64,000 nucleotides of DNA from Cyanophora paradoxa CCMP329 (GCA_004431415.1 QPMI01000015.1:248001-312000), one strand, 5' to 3'; counted from the first letter of the stretch, positions 9,918-24,204 are shown. The notes: generated by a model from the letters alone, not told the origin. Numbers and translations: made by a program.

Positions 9918-12900
9918 ATGGAGCCTTCGCGCCCCAAACCCGCCACTGGCGGTGAGCTCGTGCTTCCTGTCGCCGCTAAGGCCTCTCGCTCTCTGTGGCT
10001 TACGCTTGCGCAGTGCGGAGCGGACTGAGAGCGGCCATGTCGCGCCAGTTGGCCCCCGCGCCAGCTTTGTCCGCAACGCAGCAGCAGAAGGAGGCCGAGC
10101 GTTTGCGGGGCTTCTACAGCGAGCTCATAGGTGCGAATTCAGCCGTCGCTAGCAGATAGCAAGCTTGACCACCATGCGCACAGGAGGCGATGCGTCGCTC
10201 GAGGACGTGATGACGATTTCCCACGCTGTCCAGCCCGGCCCGCTGCTTATACAGAAGAACAAACCCCAAGGAGCCCCGCTCGGTTCGTTTCAAGCTGCCC
10301 TTGATGCTGCTACTGTGCAATCAGCGGCAATCTCGCAAAGCTGGCACTGCTACCCCATCCCTATAGCTACGCTGCAGAGCGACTCCTGCCGTGCGACGAG
10401 CCGCAATCCTTGCTGATTAATGTGTTCCCTCCTTGCAGCGAGCACATTCGTGGTGCAAGGCGACGGAGCTGATGTGCCCACTGTTCCGCCAAGCAGTGAA
10501 CTCGAAAACGTCGTTCTTCCATCGGTGCACTCCGCTCGCGCTCTCTTTGGAGAGCACCTGTAAGCTGCAGCAGGGGGAGTTTCATCCGCTCGCGCTGGAG
10601 CCGAAGGTCATGGCACCCTACCACCCTGGCCCCGGAAAAACTCCACGGAAGATTGAGATTGAGAGGCATATTGAGATTTATCGAACTTCAAAACATCTGT
10701 CTAACCGAATGTATCAGGAAAAAGCGGCTGTTTGCCGCCCAGCGCATCGAACAGCTTCTCGAGGAGCGGGGAGTTACCTCTGAGCCCCCGACTGTGAACG
10801 GCGGCCCTTCTTTCGTCTCTTTTCTTCCTCTGGAAGCGTTCGACGACACTGAATTTGAGTGCCGCCGTCCACAAGAGTGGATGGCAATGGCGATGGTAGC
10901 TGCTCTGTTTAATATTCGCTGACATTTTTCTCTGGATCACATTATCGATTCGTTCCTCAGGATGGCAATGTATTGCGTGGTGTTCCGGGGAAGGCCCTAA
11001 GGACTGATGCGAATGGAGAGTCACGCTGGATTTCGTGCCGTATGCTTGATGTCAACATCGAGAAGAACACCTACTTGGTCGAGTGGGCTGACACGAAGGA
11101 CCAGATCTTTGTCCACCGGTGCAATGCCTTGTTGAACGTGCGCTTGCTTATTTGTTAACCAATCGCAGGATAAACTTGTGCTTCGATGCTGAGGATCCAT
11201 TTAACTTCGCCAACCGAGTTGCTTCTGCTCACCGAGCACGGTCCCAAGCAGAGGCAGACCTGGTTTGTGATCCAGCTTCTTGCTCGATGGTTCTTTGAGG
11301 CTTACTTTTGAGCAGCGATATCACCTGTTCATCGATGGCATGCCCACAGATGAGATCCCGCAGCTGAGTACAGAGCAGACGAATCGCATCTTGGCATCTG
11401 CTCTGAACACCAAGAAGTTGAAGGAGAAGCCGAGTGTTGAGAATGACCTTCTGAAGGAAGTGAACATTGAGTACGCACGGACCATGAACAGGATTGTGTT
11501 CGACTCTGGGCGGATGGTGGACGAAAGTGATGCGTATGCCTCGCTTGGCTTGCCTCCAGTTGATGATGTTGCAAGAGTTGTTGCATGGTGAGCACTGTTC
11601 TCCATCAAGCTTGTATTACACTCAACCTGTTGCAGGAGTGGTGTGGTCCAAATTCCGGAGCACAACTTCGCAGATCAGTTTGGCGACTTCATGTTCCACT
11701 CCTTCCTTACCAAGAGCGAGATCATCAATGCGATTGGGAAAGTGAAGGCGGAATGCAACCGGATTCGCAAGTCGAGCCTGTTCTTCACCCAGTTCTCCAA
11801 AAGTGTTCGGCTTGAAGAGTTCGAGCAGATGGAGGGCCAGGTCTGCACACAGGTCTCCCAGGACCTCAAGAACAAGTGCGCTAACGTTTTTTGTTTCATT
11901 GCAACTTGTTGTGATTTCCCTCCCTGCAGCTGGATCACGGCATTGAAGAATGGTATCAAGAACAGCTTGAAAGATGTTGGAAAGGGCTGGTTCAATGTGC
12001 ACGAGAAGAACAAGGAGGTGTACGAGCTCAGCAAGCTTAAGAAATTCATGGGCATGATCAACTTCATGATGCAGGTGCATCCACGTGTAGCCCCTCTTAA
12101 AGCTCACAGCTCACAACCCTGAATCCAGGACTCCCTTCGCTCCCTGGTTCAAGACTCGATCAACCAGTATGTCACCTTCCTCACGGGCTGTGCAAGCAGC
12201 ATTGTCTCGATCACGAGCCCAAATGACGTCACGGTTGTCGACCCGGACCCGGCTTCTGTAAGTGATCTTATTCCGCCTCCACTTTGCCTGCCTCTGCTAA
12301 CTGTGATGAGCCAGCTTTTCAAGGATGAGCCGAAGCTTTACGTGTCCATGGTCCCTCGTCGCTGCACTGAACATGATCTGGAGGCTCTGTTCTCGGAGTT
12401 CGGCAAGATCAAGTCCATCACTCTCTTGCGTGATCCTCAAGGGAACTTCAAGTGCAGTGCTTATGTGGTCTTTGAAACCAAAGAGGAGGCACATCTCGCA
12501 GTCTCGTCATTGGATGGCAAGCACACTATGCATGTAAGTGTTTGGAGGAATTGAATATTTAACTGAGTTTAGATCGTTGCTGACAACTTGCATGCAGGGG
12601 GGCCTCTTCCCTTTGCAGGTCGTTTGGGCAGAGACAGAGAAGCAGAAGCAGTACAAGAAAAAGCTTGCGGACCTTGGCCTTCTTGGTCTCGCTTCAATCC
12701 AGACAGTGCGGTCAATCTTACCTTTTCAGTGTGTGGGTTCCTGACAGTGGCTGTTGCAGTCGAATTTGGTGAAGCGCCAGCCTGTCTTCGCGGTTGATCT
12801 GATCCTCCGTGGCAATGAGCTGAAGTACGGGACTCCAACAAACAAGTTTGAAGAGGCTCCGCTCACCCTATTCGACAAGGCTGTCCAGGCAGTGCAGGAC

Positions 12901-15900
12901 ATCCCCCAGCTTGAGCCGAAGGTCATGGAGCATCTTTTCTGGGCGCACATTCCGAACATTGGAGCCGTCCACCCCCTTGAGGAGTGGGTTGTTGCTGCTC
13001 GTGATGTTCTGCGCGAGGCTCTCCGTAAGCCCATCAGTCTTCTTCTCTCTCTCTCTTAGTGTTCACTTGCAGACGGCAGGTCGTGCATTGGTGCCCCTGC
13101 ATGAGTACCTCAAGTCGTACGACAAGTTTGGGGATCTTTTGAAGATGGAGGCATCAGCATACATGGCACAGTACGAGGATGCAAACTATCCTGTGCAGCA
13201 AATGAAGACGGACATCTTGAAGTTCCGTGACCTTGCACAGAATGTCGAGAAGAGGTTTGTCTAATCATTCTTTTTAGCATATACGCACTCACATACCACC
13301 ACAGCATTCCCCTGACTGTCTCTGTGGGTATGTTCCTTGTCAACTGCCAGCAAGTTCGCAGTCTCCTTGCCGACAAGTATCAGGAGATCGCGCGCCTAAG
13401 TGCGTCTCATGTTTCTGTTTGCATATTGAGTTCTAACTAGCGTGCTGCAGTCCAAGCCCTGCTTGTCCGCAAGGCGAAGGAGAAGTGTGACAAGGTCATG
13501 TTCAAGTTTGGTGACATCTCTCGGCAACTGCAGCGTCGTCCCCCTTCCATTGAGGAGCTCATCGATCTCAAGAAGTACATTGGCGGTATTCCAGATATGA
13601 TTGAGCAGCTGCAGAAGGAGATTGAAGACATGCTGGTCAGTGCCTTTGCCATTTATTGTGATTGGCGGCGACTCAATTGTGCACAGACGTACTATGATGT
13701 CCTCGAGGAGTTCAAGCACAATCTAGCACCTGATGAGTTCGACAACAAATGGAATGCCTTTGCCTGGCCTTTGAGGCTGCAGGGCATGGTCACAACAGTT
13801 GTCGAAAGCCTGCAGAATGACCAGGGCCGGATGCAGACCGACATGGTTGGTGAACAGGAGCGCTTCAAGCGGGATGTTGACGACCTTCACATGCTTGTCT
13901 CGAACTTTGCCAAGCACACCGACATCGCCAAGGTCAAGGAAGTCGCCCTTGAAGTCAAGAAGATCAATGCCCAGCTTCAGCAATGCCAGGCAAAGGCTCG
14001 CTTGTTCAATACCCGGGAGCAGCTCTTCGAAATGCCGATTACAGAGTACTCAAGCTTGAACAAGATCGTTAAGGACTTCGAGCCATATTCTCAGCTCTGG
14101 CTCACGACCAACGATTGGCTCAACTGGAAGCAAGTCTGGCTCAACGATCCCTTCACCTCTCTCAACCCCGAGAAGATGGAGAAGGATCTCAACGGAGCCT
14201 GGAAGATTGCCTACAAGCTCCAGAAGCATTTCCAGGATATTCCTGGGTGCAGAGACATTGCCAACCAGATCAAGGCTGAGGTGCACCCTGTCTCATCATT
14301 GGCATTGTGGACCAATCTAAGAGCTTGCCAGATGGACGAGTTCAAGCCTGTGTTGCCCCTCGTAGCAGCTCTTCGGAACCCTGGCATGCGAGACCGGCAC
14401 TGGGAGCAGTTATCCAAGGATCTCGGCTTCCAGATCAAGTTGGACGAAACCTCGTCCCTGGTCAAGGTTCAGCAGATGAACCTGCAGGTTCGCTGTTTTA
14501 TTGTGCATGAGCAACAGACACATCCTAACGCCAATGTTCCAGGACCACCTCGAGACCATCCAGCGTGTTGGTGAAAGCGCTGGCAAGGAGTATGCTATCG
14601 AGCAGGCCCTCGACAAGATGGCGAAGGAGTGGGAGAACATTCAACTGGAACTCGTGGAGTACCGCGAGACTGGCACATTCGTGCTCCGCGGCTCTGATGA
14701 GATCTTCCAGGTATGCATCTGCTCTGCGAAATTTCAAGTTCTCTCTGCTCACGCTGAGAGAGCAGATGCTCGACGATCATATTGTCATGACACAGAGTAT
14801 GAACTTCTCACCATTCAAGAAAGCGTTCGAGGAGCGCATTTCGACATGGGAGCAGAAGCTCACTCTTGCCTCGAACATCTTGGAGGAGTGGCTCGGTGTG
14901 CAGCGCCAGTGGCTCTACCTGGAACCCATCTTTGGGTCTGAAGACATCATGAAGCAGCTTCCTACTGAAGGCAAGCGTTTCACGACTGTTGATCGGACAT
15001 GGCGGAAGACCATGCAGAACGCAAAGATGAACCCCCATGTCCTTGGCTTTTGCAACTCCGAGAAGCTCCTGGAGAGTTTCCAGGAGAGCAACAAGCTCCT
15101 GGACATGGTGCAGAAGGGCCTGTCAGACTACCTGGAGACGAAGCGTGCAGCCTTCGCCCGCTTCTATTTCCTCTCGAATGACGAGCTCCTGGAGATCCTG
15201 TCACAGACAAAGGACCCGAAGGCCGTTCAGCCACATCTACGGAAGTGCTTCGAGAACGTACATAGCCTCGAGTTCATCGACCAGCCGCAGGGCCTACCAC
15301 AGATTACCGCTATGTTTTCTGCGGAAAAGGAGAGGATTCCCTTCCTTGACGTCCTTTACCCGAAGGGCAACGTGGAGATTTGGCTCTCGGAGGTTGAGGC
15401 GAGCATGAAGCGTGCCATTCGCAACCAGATCAAGGAGTCTCTCGCTGACTACTTAAAGATTCCTCGAGGGGAATGGGTTGTCAAGTGGCCGGGGCAGGTC
15501 GTCCTCTGTGGCTCACAGACACACTGGACGAAGGAGGTCCAGGAAGCCATCATGTCAGGCGGTGCAGCGAATGTCAAGAAGTATTACGAGGGGACTGTTC
15601 TCCCACAGCTCCTGACTCTCACGGAGCTTGTCCGGGGCAGCTTACCTCCACTGGCTCGCCTGACTCTTGGTGCCCTAATTGTCATTGATGTCCATGCTCG
15701 GGATGTTGTGGGCAAGCTCATTGAAGCCAACGTGGCATCCGAGAATGACTTTGAATGGGTGAGTCAGCTTGCATTGATCTCGATTATTCAACTGTACCTC
15801 TTAGCCCCCCTCAGGTCAGCCAGCTTCGCTACTATTGGGAGCATGAAGAAGTCATTGTGCGCCAGGTGAACTGCTCGTACCCCTACGGTTATGAGGTCTG

Positions 15901-18900
15901 CCCCATTCTTTTTCCACGACTGTCTGTCTGGCTTGCTCTTGACATCGCACAGTATCTCGGCAACACAGCACGCCTGGTCATCACGCCTCTCACGGATCGC
16001 TGTTACATGACGCTCATGGGTGCACTGCACATGAATCTTGGTGGCGCCCCTGCTGGGCCTGCTGGCACTGGCAAGACTGAGACAACAAAGGACCTTGCCA
16101 AGGCCCTCGCCAAGCAGTGTGTCGTGTTCAACTGTTCGGATGGTCTGGACTATCTTGCTATGGGCAAGTTCTTCAAGGGTCTTGCTAGTGCTGGTGCATG
16201 GGCGTGCTTTGATGAGTTCAACCGCATTGACATTGAGGTGAGGATGTCATCTGCAGGCCTTGTCGCCCCCTGTTTTGACACTGTCGCGGCAGGTGCTCTC
16301 TGTGGTGGCGCAGCAGATCACCACCATTCAGAAGGCCATACAGAACAAGGTCAAGCGGTTCATGTTCGAGGGCACTGAGATTCCGCTCAATCCAACCTGT
16401 GCTGTCTTCATTACGATGAACCCTGGCTATGCCGGGCGCACAGAGCTTCCTGATAACCTGAAGGCACTCTTCCGGCCAATGTCTATGATGGTTCCAGACT
16501 ACGCTCTGATTGCCGAGATCTCTCTTTTCTCCTTCGGCTTCAGCGAGGCAAAGATCAATGCCCGCAAGATTGTCACAACTTTCAAGCTCTCGTCTGAGCA
16601 GCTTTCCTCACAAGACCACTACGACTTCGGCATGCGTGCAGTCAAGTCGGTCATTAATGCAGCTGGCAACTTGAAACGCGAGGACCCTGACATGAATGAA
16701 GAGATTCTCGTTCTACGGGCCATTCGGGACGTGAATCAGCCAAAGTTCCTGTCAGAAGACCTGCCCCTCTTTGATGGTATCATCTCGGACCTCTTCCCAG
16801 GCCTTCAGAAGCCGAAGGTGGACTATGGCGACCTGGAGCTGATGATGAAGGAGGCGACAGTGGAGTCGGGCCTTCAGACAGTCGATTCCTTCCTTGTCAA
16901 GTGCATGCAGCTGTATGAGACAACCATTGTTCGGCATGGCCTGATGCTCGTGGGGCCCACTGGAGGTGGAAAGACCGCCTGCTACAACGTTCTTGCCAAG
17001 GCAATGAGCAAGCTCCACGAGCATGAGCGCTTTGCGAAGGTCAAGATTTACACGCTAAACCCCAAGTCGATCACGATGGGGCAGCTCTATGGCCAGTTCG
17101 ACGACGCGACACACGAGTGGACAGATGGCATCCTTGCCAAGCTTGTCCGCCTTGCAGCTGGTGACACTGCCAAGGACAAGAAGTGGATCATGTTCGATGG
17201 ACCTGTCGATGCTATCTGGATTGAGAACATGAATACTGTGCTGGATGACAACAAGAAGCTTTGTCTCAATTCTGGCGAGATTATCCAGCTGACACCAACA
17301 ATGACGATGATGTTCGAGGTGGAGGACCTGGCTGTTGCCTCGCCTGCAACTGTCTCCCGCTGTGGCATGGTGTATATCGAGCCCAAGAGCCTTGGTGTTG
17401 AGCCGCTCTTTGAGTCCTGGTCAGCAAGTTTGCCGCCTCTGGCGAAGGGGCAGGCGGAGCACCTGCGCGAGCTCTTCAATAACTATGTACCGGACCTGCT
17501 GCATTTCCTCCGCAAACACCTCAAGGAGCCCTGCCCCACCGTCGACACGTCGCTCGTCCAGGGCCTCTTCAATATCCTCAACTGCTTCTTTGCAATTTTT
17601 GTGGCGCATGCTCATGCCAAGCACGAGGATGAGGGCCATAAGCTGCCTGAACTCGCTGAAGTCATTGACGGCATCTTCATCTACGCCCTGATCTGGAGCA
17701 TTGGTGGGACGACTGACCGAGATGGCCGTGCCAAGTTCCACGCCCACCTCCGTGCCCGTATGGAGAAGATGGGTTGCAAGCAGGGACCTCCGGACACTGG
17801 CCTCGTCTATGACTACAAGTTCAACATTGAGACAAAGGAGTGGGTCCAGTGGATGAGCACAATACCCGAGTACAAGCTGGATGCCAAGGCACCTTTTGCT
17901 GACATGATTGTACCCACGGCCGATTCTGTCCGCTCCGCCTTCCTCCTGGACCTGCTGCTGCAGAACCAGATTCATGCACTCTGCGTGGGAGAGACTGGAA
18001 CTGGCAAAACTGTCGTGGTGTCCGAGAAGCTTCTGAAGGGCATGAGTGAAGTCTTCATCCCAGTCTTCATCACGTTCTCGGCAAGGACATCGGCAAATCA
18101 GACACAGGATCTCATCGACTCAAAGATGGATAAGCGCCGCAAAGGCGTCTTTGGCCCTCCAGCTGGAAAGAAGTACATCATCTTCATTGATGATCTGAAC
18201 ATGCCAGCGCGGGAGAAGTACTTCGCACAGCCGCCCATCGAGCTGCTCCGCCAGTGGATGGACCACAAGGGCTGGTACGACCGCAAGACTCTCGAGTTCA
18301 AGCAGATCATTGACGTCAGCTTTGTTGGTGCCATGGGCCCGCCTGGTGGCGGCCGCAACCCCGTCACAAACCGTTTCATCCGCCACTTCAACATGATGAG
18401 TTTCACTGAGCTGGAGAATGACTCGCTCAGCCGCATCTTTAACACAATCCTGAGCACGTTCCTCACTTCAATCTTCCCCACGAATATCTCGGTGTGACAT
18501 GCTCTGCCTCGGGCTTTTGCGACCACAAAAGCTGATGCACTCTCTTCCCGCAGAATGTGGGCCAGAATATGGTGAAGGCATCGATTGAGGTGTACCAGAC
18601 AATCTGTGTGGAGCTCCTTCCGACTCCAGCCAAGTCGCATTATACCTTCAACCTGCGTGATCTTGCCAAAGTCATCCAGGGCATTCTGAACGCAGACGAG
18701 AAGAAGGTTGCCGAGCCTCAGGATCTTGTACGCCTCTGGTGCCACGAGTCACTGCGTGTCTTTTCCGATCGCCTGGTCAACAACGAGGACCGTGACTGGT
18801 TCCGCAACCTCCTCAAGGGCCAGATGCGCAAGCATTTCTCCATGGAGTGGGACGATGTCGTCACGACGGAGCGCCTTATCTACGGTGACTTCCTCGTCCC

Positions 18901-21900
18901 TGGAGCCGACCCGAAGGTTTACACGGAAATCTCGGACCTGCACAAGCTCCAGCGAATTGTGGAGGAGTACTTGGAGGACTACAATAACCAGACAAACAAA
19001 CCAATGAAGCTCGTCATGTTTCTGGACGCAATTGAGCATGTCGCCCGCATCTGTCGCATCATTCGCCAGCCTGGTGGCAATGCCTTGCTCCTTGGCGTTG
19101 GTGGCTCTGGCCGGCAGTCCCTTACCCGCCTCGCGGCCTTCATGGAGGAGTTCGAGCTCTTCCAGGTTGAAATCTCGAAGGGCTATGGCAACAACGAGTG
19201 GCGTGAGGACCTGCGTCGCTGCCTCAAGAAGGCTGGCATGAACGCCACGCCAGTTGTGTTCCTGTTCTCGGACACCCAAATCGTGAATGAAGGCTTCCTT
19301 GAGGACGTCAACAACATCCTCAACAGTGGGGAGGTCCCGAACCTGATGGGTGGCGATGACATGGAGGAGATTGTGACGGCCATGCGGCCGGTCTGCGCAG
19401 CACTTGGTCTTCCCCTCACCAAGACTGGCCTCTACTCGCAGTTCATCTCCCGTGTCAAGTCGAGTGTGCATGTTGTGCTCTGCATGAGCCCCATTGGAGA
19501 GGTCTTCCGCAACCGCCTGCGAATGTTCCCATCCCTCGTGAACTGCTGCACCATCGACTGGTTCTCCGAGTGGCCAGAAGAGGCCCTCCGCTCCGTTGCC
19601 AAGAACTTCCTCGCTGACGTGCAGCTCGGCTCTGCACACGTGCAGCAAGCAATGATCGACATGTGCGTGTACGTGCACCAGTCTGTCGAGCGGAAGTCCC
19701 GCCAGTTCCTTGCCGAGCTCCGCCGCCACAACTACACGACACCCACGTCGTACCTGGAACTGCTTTCCACGTACCAGACACTGCTGGGCGAGAAGCGCAG
19801 CGAGGTGGGCAACCTGCGGAAGCGGTTGGAGATCGGCCTCGAGAAACTGTTGGATACTGCAAAGGAGGTGGAGGTGTTGCAGAACGAGCTTGTAGCGCTG
19901 CAGCCCGTGCTGGCGAAGGCTGTGGAGGAGACGGATTCAATGATGGTGCAGATCGCAAGGGACAAGGAGGAGGCGGACCAGACCAAGGAGACAGTAGAAG
20001 AGGAGGAGAAGACTGCGGCTACGAAGGCTGAGGAGACGAAGGCAATCGCAGACGATGCACAGCGGGACCTGGATGAGGCGCTTCCTGCACTGGAGGCAGC
20101 TGTGGCCTCCCTCAAGAACCTCAACCGCAATGACATCGTGGAAGTCCGCTCCATGCAGCGTCCACCAGCGGGCGTGAAGCTCGTCATGGAGGCCGTCTGC
20201 ATCATGCAGAATCAGAAGCCCAAGAAGATCGATGACCCCAACAAGATGGGCAAGAAGATTGATGACTACTGGGAGCCGGCCAAGGGCCTGCTTGCTGATC
20301 CCAACAAGTTCCTGGAGTCGCTCTTCAACTTCGACAAGGACAACATCCCCGAGTCTGTCATCCAGAAGATTGACCCCTACATCGAGATGCCCGACTTCCA
20401 GGTCGAGAGTGTCGCCAAGGTCTCCAAGGCCTGTACTGCCATTTGCCTCTGGACCCGCTCGATGTACAAGTACTACCACGTCGCCCGCTCTGTGGCCCCT
20501 AAGCGTGAGCGCCTGCGGATCGCCCAGGAGTCGCTGGAGCAGACGATGAAGATCCTGAACGACGCCAAGGCGCGGCTCAAGTCGGTGCAGGAGAAGATCG
20601 CAGAGCTCGAGGCCAAGTACAACGATTCGCTGGCTCGCAAGGAGGAGCTCTCTGCGAAAGTCACGGACTGCAGCTTGAAGCTCGACCGTGCCCAGAAGCT
20701 GATTGGCGGTCTTGGCGGGGAGAAGGACCGCTGGAGCATGACTGTCAAGGAGCTCGAGACTGCCTTCACGAACCTTGTTGGGGACGTGATGGTTGCCGGC
20801 TCGACAATCGCCTACCTTGGCGCTTTCACCGCACCTTTCCGCAATTCCTGTGTGCGGGAGTGGCAGCTTGAAGTCGCCAAGCGGCGGATCCCGCACACCG
20901 CGGGCTGCAGCCTGCGCTCCACCCTTGCAGACCCCGTCAAGATCCGTGCCTGGACTCTGGATGGGCTTCCGACAGACAACTTCTCAGTCGAGAATGGTAT
21001 CATCACGAGCAAGACGAGGCGCTGGCCGCTCATGATTGACCCTCAAGGCGTGGCGAACAAGTGGATCAAGAACATGGAGAAGGAGCGCTCGCTGGACATC
21101 ATCAAGCTCACGGACAAGGACTACCTGAGGACGCTCGAGAACTCGATTCGCTTCGGGCGGCCAGTGGTGCTGGAGGACATCGGGGAGGAGCTGGAGTCGG
21201 CGCTGGAGCCTGTGCTGCTCAAGCAGGTCTTCAAGCAGGGCGGCTCGGACGTGATCCGCCTTGGCGAGAACGTCATCCCCTACCACCCCGACTTCCGCTT
21301 CTACATGACGACGAAGCTCCCGAACCCGCACTACAAGCCCGAGGTCGCCGTCAAGGTCACCCTCCTGAACTTCACGGCCACTCCGGAGGGCCTCGAGGAG
21401 CAGCTTCTGGGCATCGTCGTCGAGAAGGAGCGGCCCGACCTGGAGGAGCAGAAGAACGCGCTCATGGTGTCCAACGCGAAGATGAAGAAGGAGCTGAAGG
21501 AGCTGGAGGACAAGATCCTCTTCCTCCTCTCCAACTCGCAGGGCAACATCCTCGACGACGAGGTCCTCATCGAGACCCTCGCCCAGTCGAAGAAGACCTC
21601 GGAGGAGATCTCGGCCAAGGTGGCGGAGGCCGAGAAGACGGAGCGTGAGATCGACGGGACCCGGCAGCTCTACCGCCCCGTCGCCCTCCGCGCCTCCATC
21701 CTCTTCTTCTGCATCGCGGACCTCAACATCGTCGACCCGATGTACCAGTACTCGCTGCAGTGGTTCACCAACCTCTTCGTGTCCGGCATCGTCAACGCCC
21801 CGGCGGCGGAGTCGCTCGACTCGCGCCTCACTGTTCTCAACGACTACTTCACGTACTCGCTCTACGTCAACATCTGCCGCTCTCTCTTCGAGAAGCACAA

Positions 21901-24204
21901 GCTGCTCTTCTCCTTCATGCTGTGCATCGCCATCCTCAAGGGCATGAACCGCGTCGACGCTCACGAGTGGCGCTTCCTCCTCGCGGGCCCCACGCAGTCA
22001 ACGCCCGAGTCGGAGAACCCGGCGCCGGAGTGGCTCTCCGAGAAGAGCTGGCAGAGCATCCACGCCCTCTCGAAGCTGGAAGCGTTCGGCGGGCTGGAGC
22101 AGGACTTCGTGGCGGACATCAACGAGTGGAAGACCTTCTTCGACGACGACGAGTGCCACCGGAGCCCGCTCCCGGGAGACTGGAATGGCCGCCTGAACAC
22201 TTTCCAGAAGATGCTCGTCCTGCGCTCCCTCCGCATGGATCGCGTCACGCCTGCCATCCAGGAGTTCGTGGCTGAGGAGCTGGGCCAGCGCTTCATCGAG
22301 CCCCCGCCCTTCGACCTCGCCTCGGCGTACAAGGACTCGAGCCCGCTCATCCCCCTCATCTTCGTGCTCAGCACGGGCGCCGACCCCGCCGCGGAGCTCT
22401 ACCGCTTTGCGGAGGAGATGCGCTTCGGGAAGAAGCTGCACGCCATCTCGCTGGGCCAGGGCCAGGGCCCGATCGCGGAGAAGATGATCACGGAGGCGAT
22501 GGAGCGGGGGACGTGGGTTCTCCTCCAGAACTGCCACCTCGCCGTCTCCTGGATGCCGGCGCTGGAGCGCATTGTGGCGAACATGAAGCCCGACGGCGTC
22601 CACCGCGACTTCCGCCTCTGGCTGACCTCCATGCCGAGCCCCAAGTTCCCAGTCCTCGTCCTCCAGAACGGTGTCAAGATGACGAACGAGCCGCCCAAGG
22701 GCCTCAAGGCGAACATCATGCGCTCTTTCCTCTCCTTCGACGACACGTTCCTGTCGGAGAGCAAGAAGCCGGACGAGTGGAAGAAGCTGCTCTTCGCCCT
22801 CTGCATGTTCCACGCGATCATCCAGGAGCGCCGCAAGTTCGGCGCCCTCGGCTGGAACATCGCGTACGAGTTCAACCAGTCGGACCTCTCCGTCTGCATC
22901 AAGCAGCTGCACGACACCCTCGACGAGTACGCGCAGATCCCGTACAAGGTCCTCAAGGTGCAGTTCGGCGACATCAACTACGGCGGGCGCGTCACCGACG
23001 ACTGGGACCGCCGCACGCTGATGACCATCCTCGACGACTACTGCAACCCGCAGCTCCTCGAGGAGAACTACATCTTCTCGCCCTCGGGCACGTACCAGTC
23101 GATCAGCGCCCAGAACCTGCGCGAGTACCTCGAGTACATCCGCTCCCTCCCCACGAACCCGGCCCCCGAGGTCTTCGGCCTGCACGAGAATGCGGACATC
23201 ACGTGCGCCGAGAACGAGACCATCGACCTCCTGAGCACCATCGTGACGATGCAGCCACGGACGGGCTCCGGCGGCGGCAAGTCGCGCGAGGACACGCTGG
23301 CGGAGGTGGCGGCCGAGATCCTGGAGCGCACGCCGGCGCCCTTCCCCGTGGACGACGTGCAGGAGCGCTACCCGACGATGTACAGCGAGTCGCTCAACAC
23401 GGTGCTCGTCCAGGAGGTCATCCGCTACAACCGCCTCCTCGTCGTCATGAAGAAGTCCCTCAAGGACTTCTCGGCGGCGCTCAAGGGCCTCGTCGTCATG
23501 TCCGAGGCGCTCGAGAAGATGGGCAACGCGCTCTTCGACAACCAGGTCCCCGAGATGTGGACGAACAACGGCCTCTGCTACCCCTCGCTCAAGCCCCTCG
23601 CCTCGTGGGTCACGGACCTCGAGGCCCGCATCCACTTCATCCAGAAGTGGATCGACGGCGGCGTCCCCAACGTCTTCTGGTTCTCCGGCTTCTTCTTCCC
23701 CCAGGCCTTCCTCACGGGTGCGCCTCACAGTAGTTTCTCTCCCACGCTCCATTTTCTCACGCGCGCTCTCGTGTCTCGGCAGGCGTGCTCCAGAACTTCG
23801 CGCGCAAGTACGGCCTCCCGATCGACACGATCTCCTACTCTTTCAACGTGGTGGACACTGCGATGGAGGAGACGCTCGACAAGCCGGAGGACGGCTGCTA
23901 CGTGCGGGGCCTCTTCCTCGAGGGCGCCCGCTGGGACTACGACTCGCACGTCCTCACGGAGGCGAAGCCCAAGGAGCTCTACTCTGAGATGCCCATCATG
24001 CACTGGCTCCCCTCCCCCAACCGCGTCAAGCCGACGGAGGGCATCTACGACTGCCCCTGCTACAAGATCCTCACGCGGCAGGGGACCCTCTCCACAACCG
24101 GCCACTCCACCAACTTCGTTCTGACGGTCGAGGTCCCGTCCGACAAGCCCCAGGCCCACTGGATCAAGCGCGGCGTTGCCCTCGTCACCTCCCTCCGATA
24201 CTAG
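9918..24204 (+). CDS. DNAH1: Axonemal inner-arm dynein heavy chain (DNAH1 / Chlamydomonas DHC2 type) with an inserted RRM
   Basis: N-terminal [12 protein letters not shown]...[19 protein letters not shown] is typical of DNAH1. P-loops: [32 protein letters not shown]. Stalk/MTBD present. C-terminus [12 protein letters not shown]...HWIKRGVAL. Confidence 0.93.
12315..12705 (+). other. CELF/Bruno-like RRM domain encoded by two phase-0 exons (12315-12533 and 12598-12705) inside the dynein tail
   Basis: [67 protein letters not shown]|[25 protein letters not shown] introns at 12258-12314, 12534-12597 and 12706-12759, each with a ctaac/ctgac branch-site-like motif. Confidence 0.85.

Noticed and set aside
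18749-23752. Long antisense ORFs over dynein (326, 319, 326 and 584 aa)
   Set aside because: Shadow ORFs produced by strong GC3 codon bias on the coding strand; no recognisable motifs.
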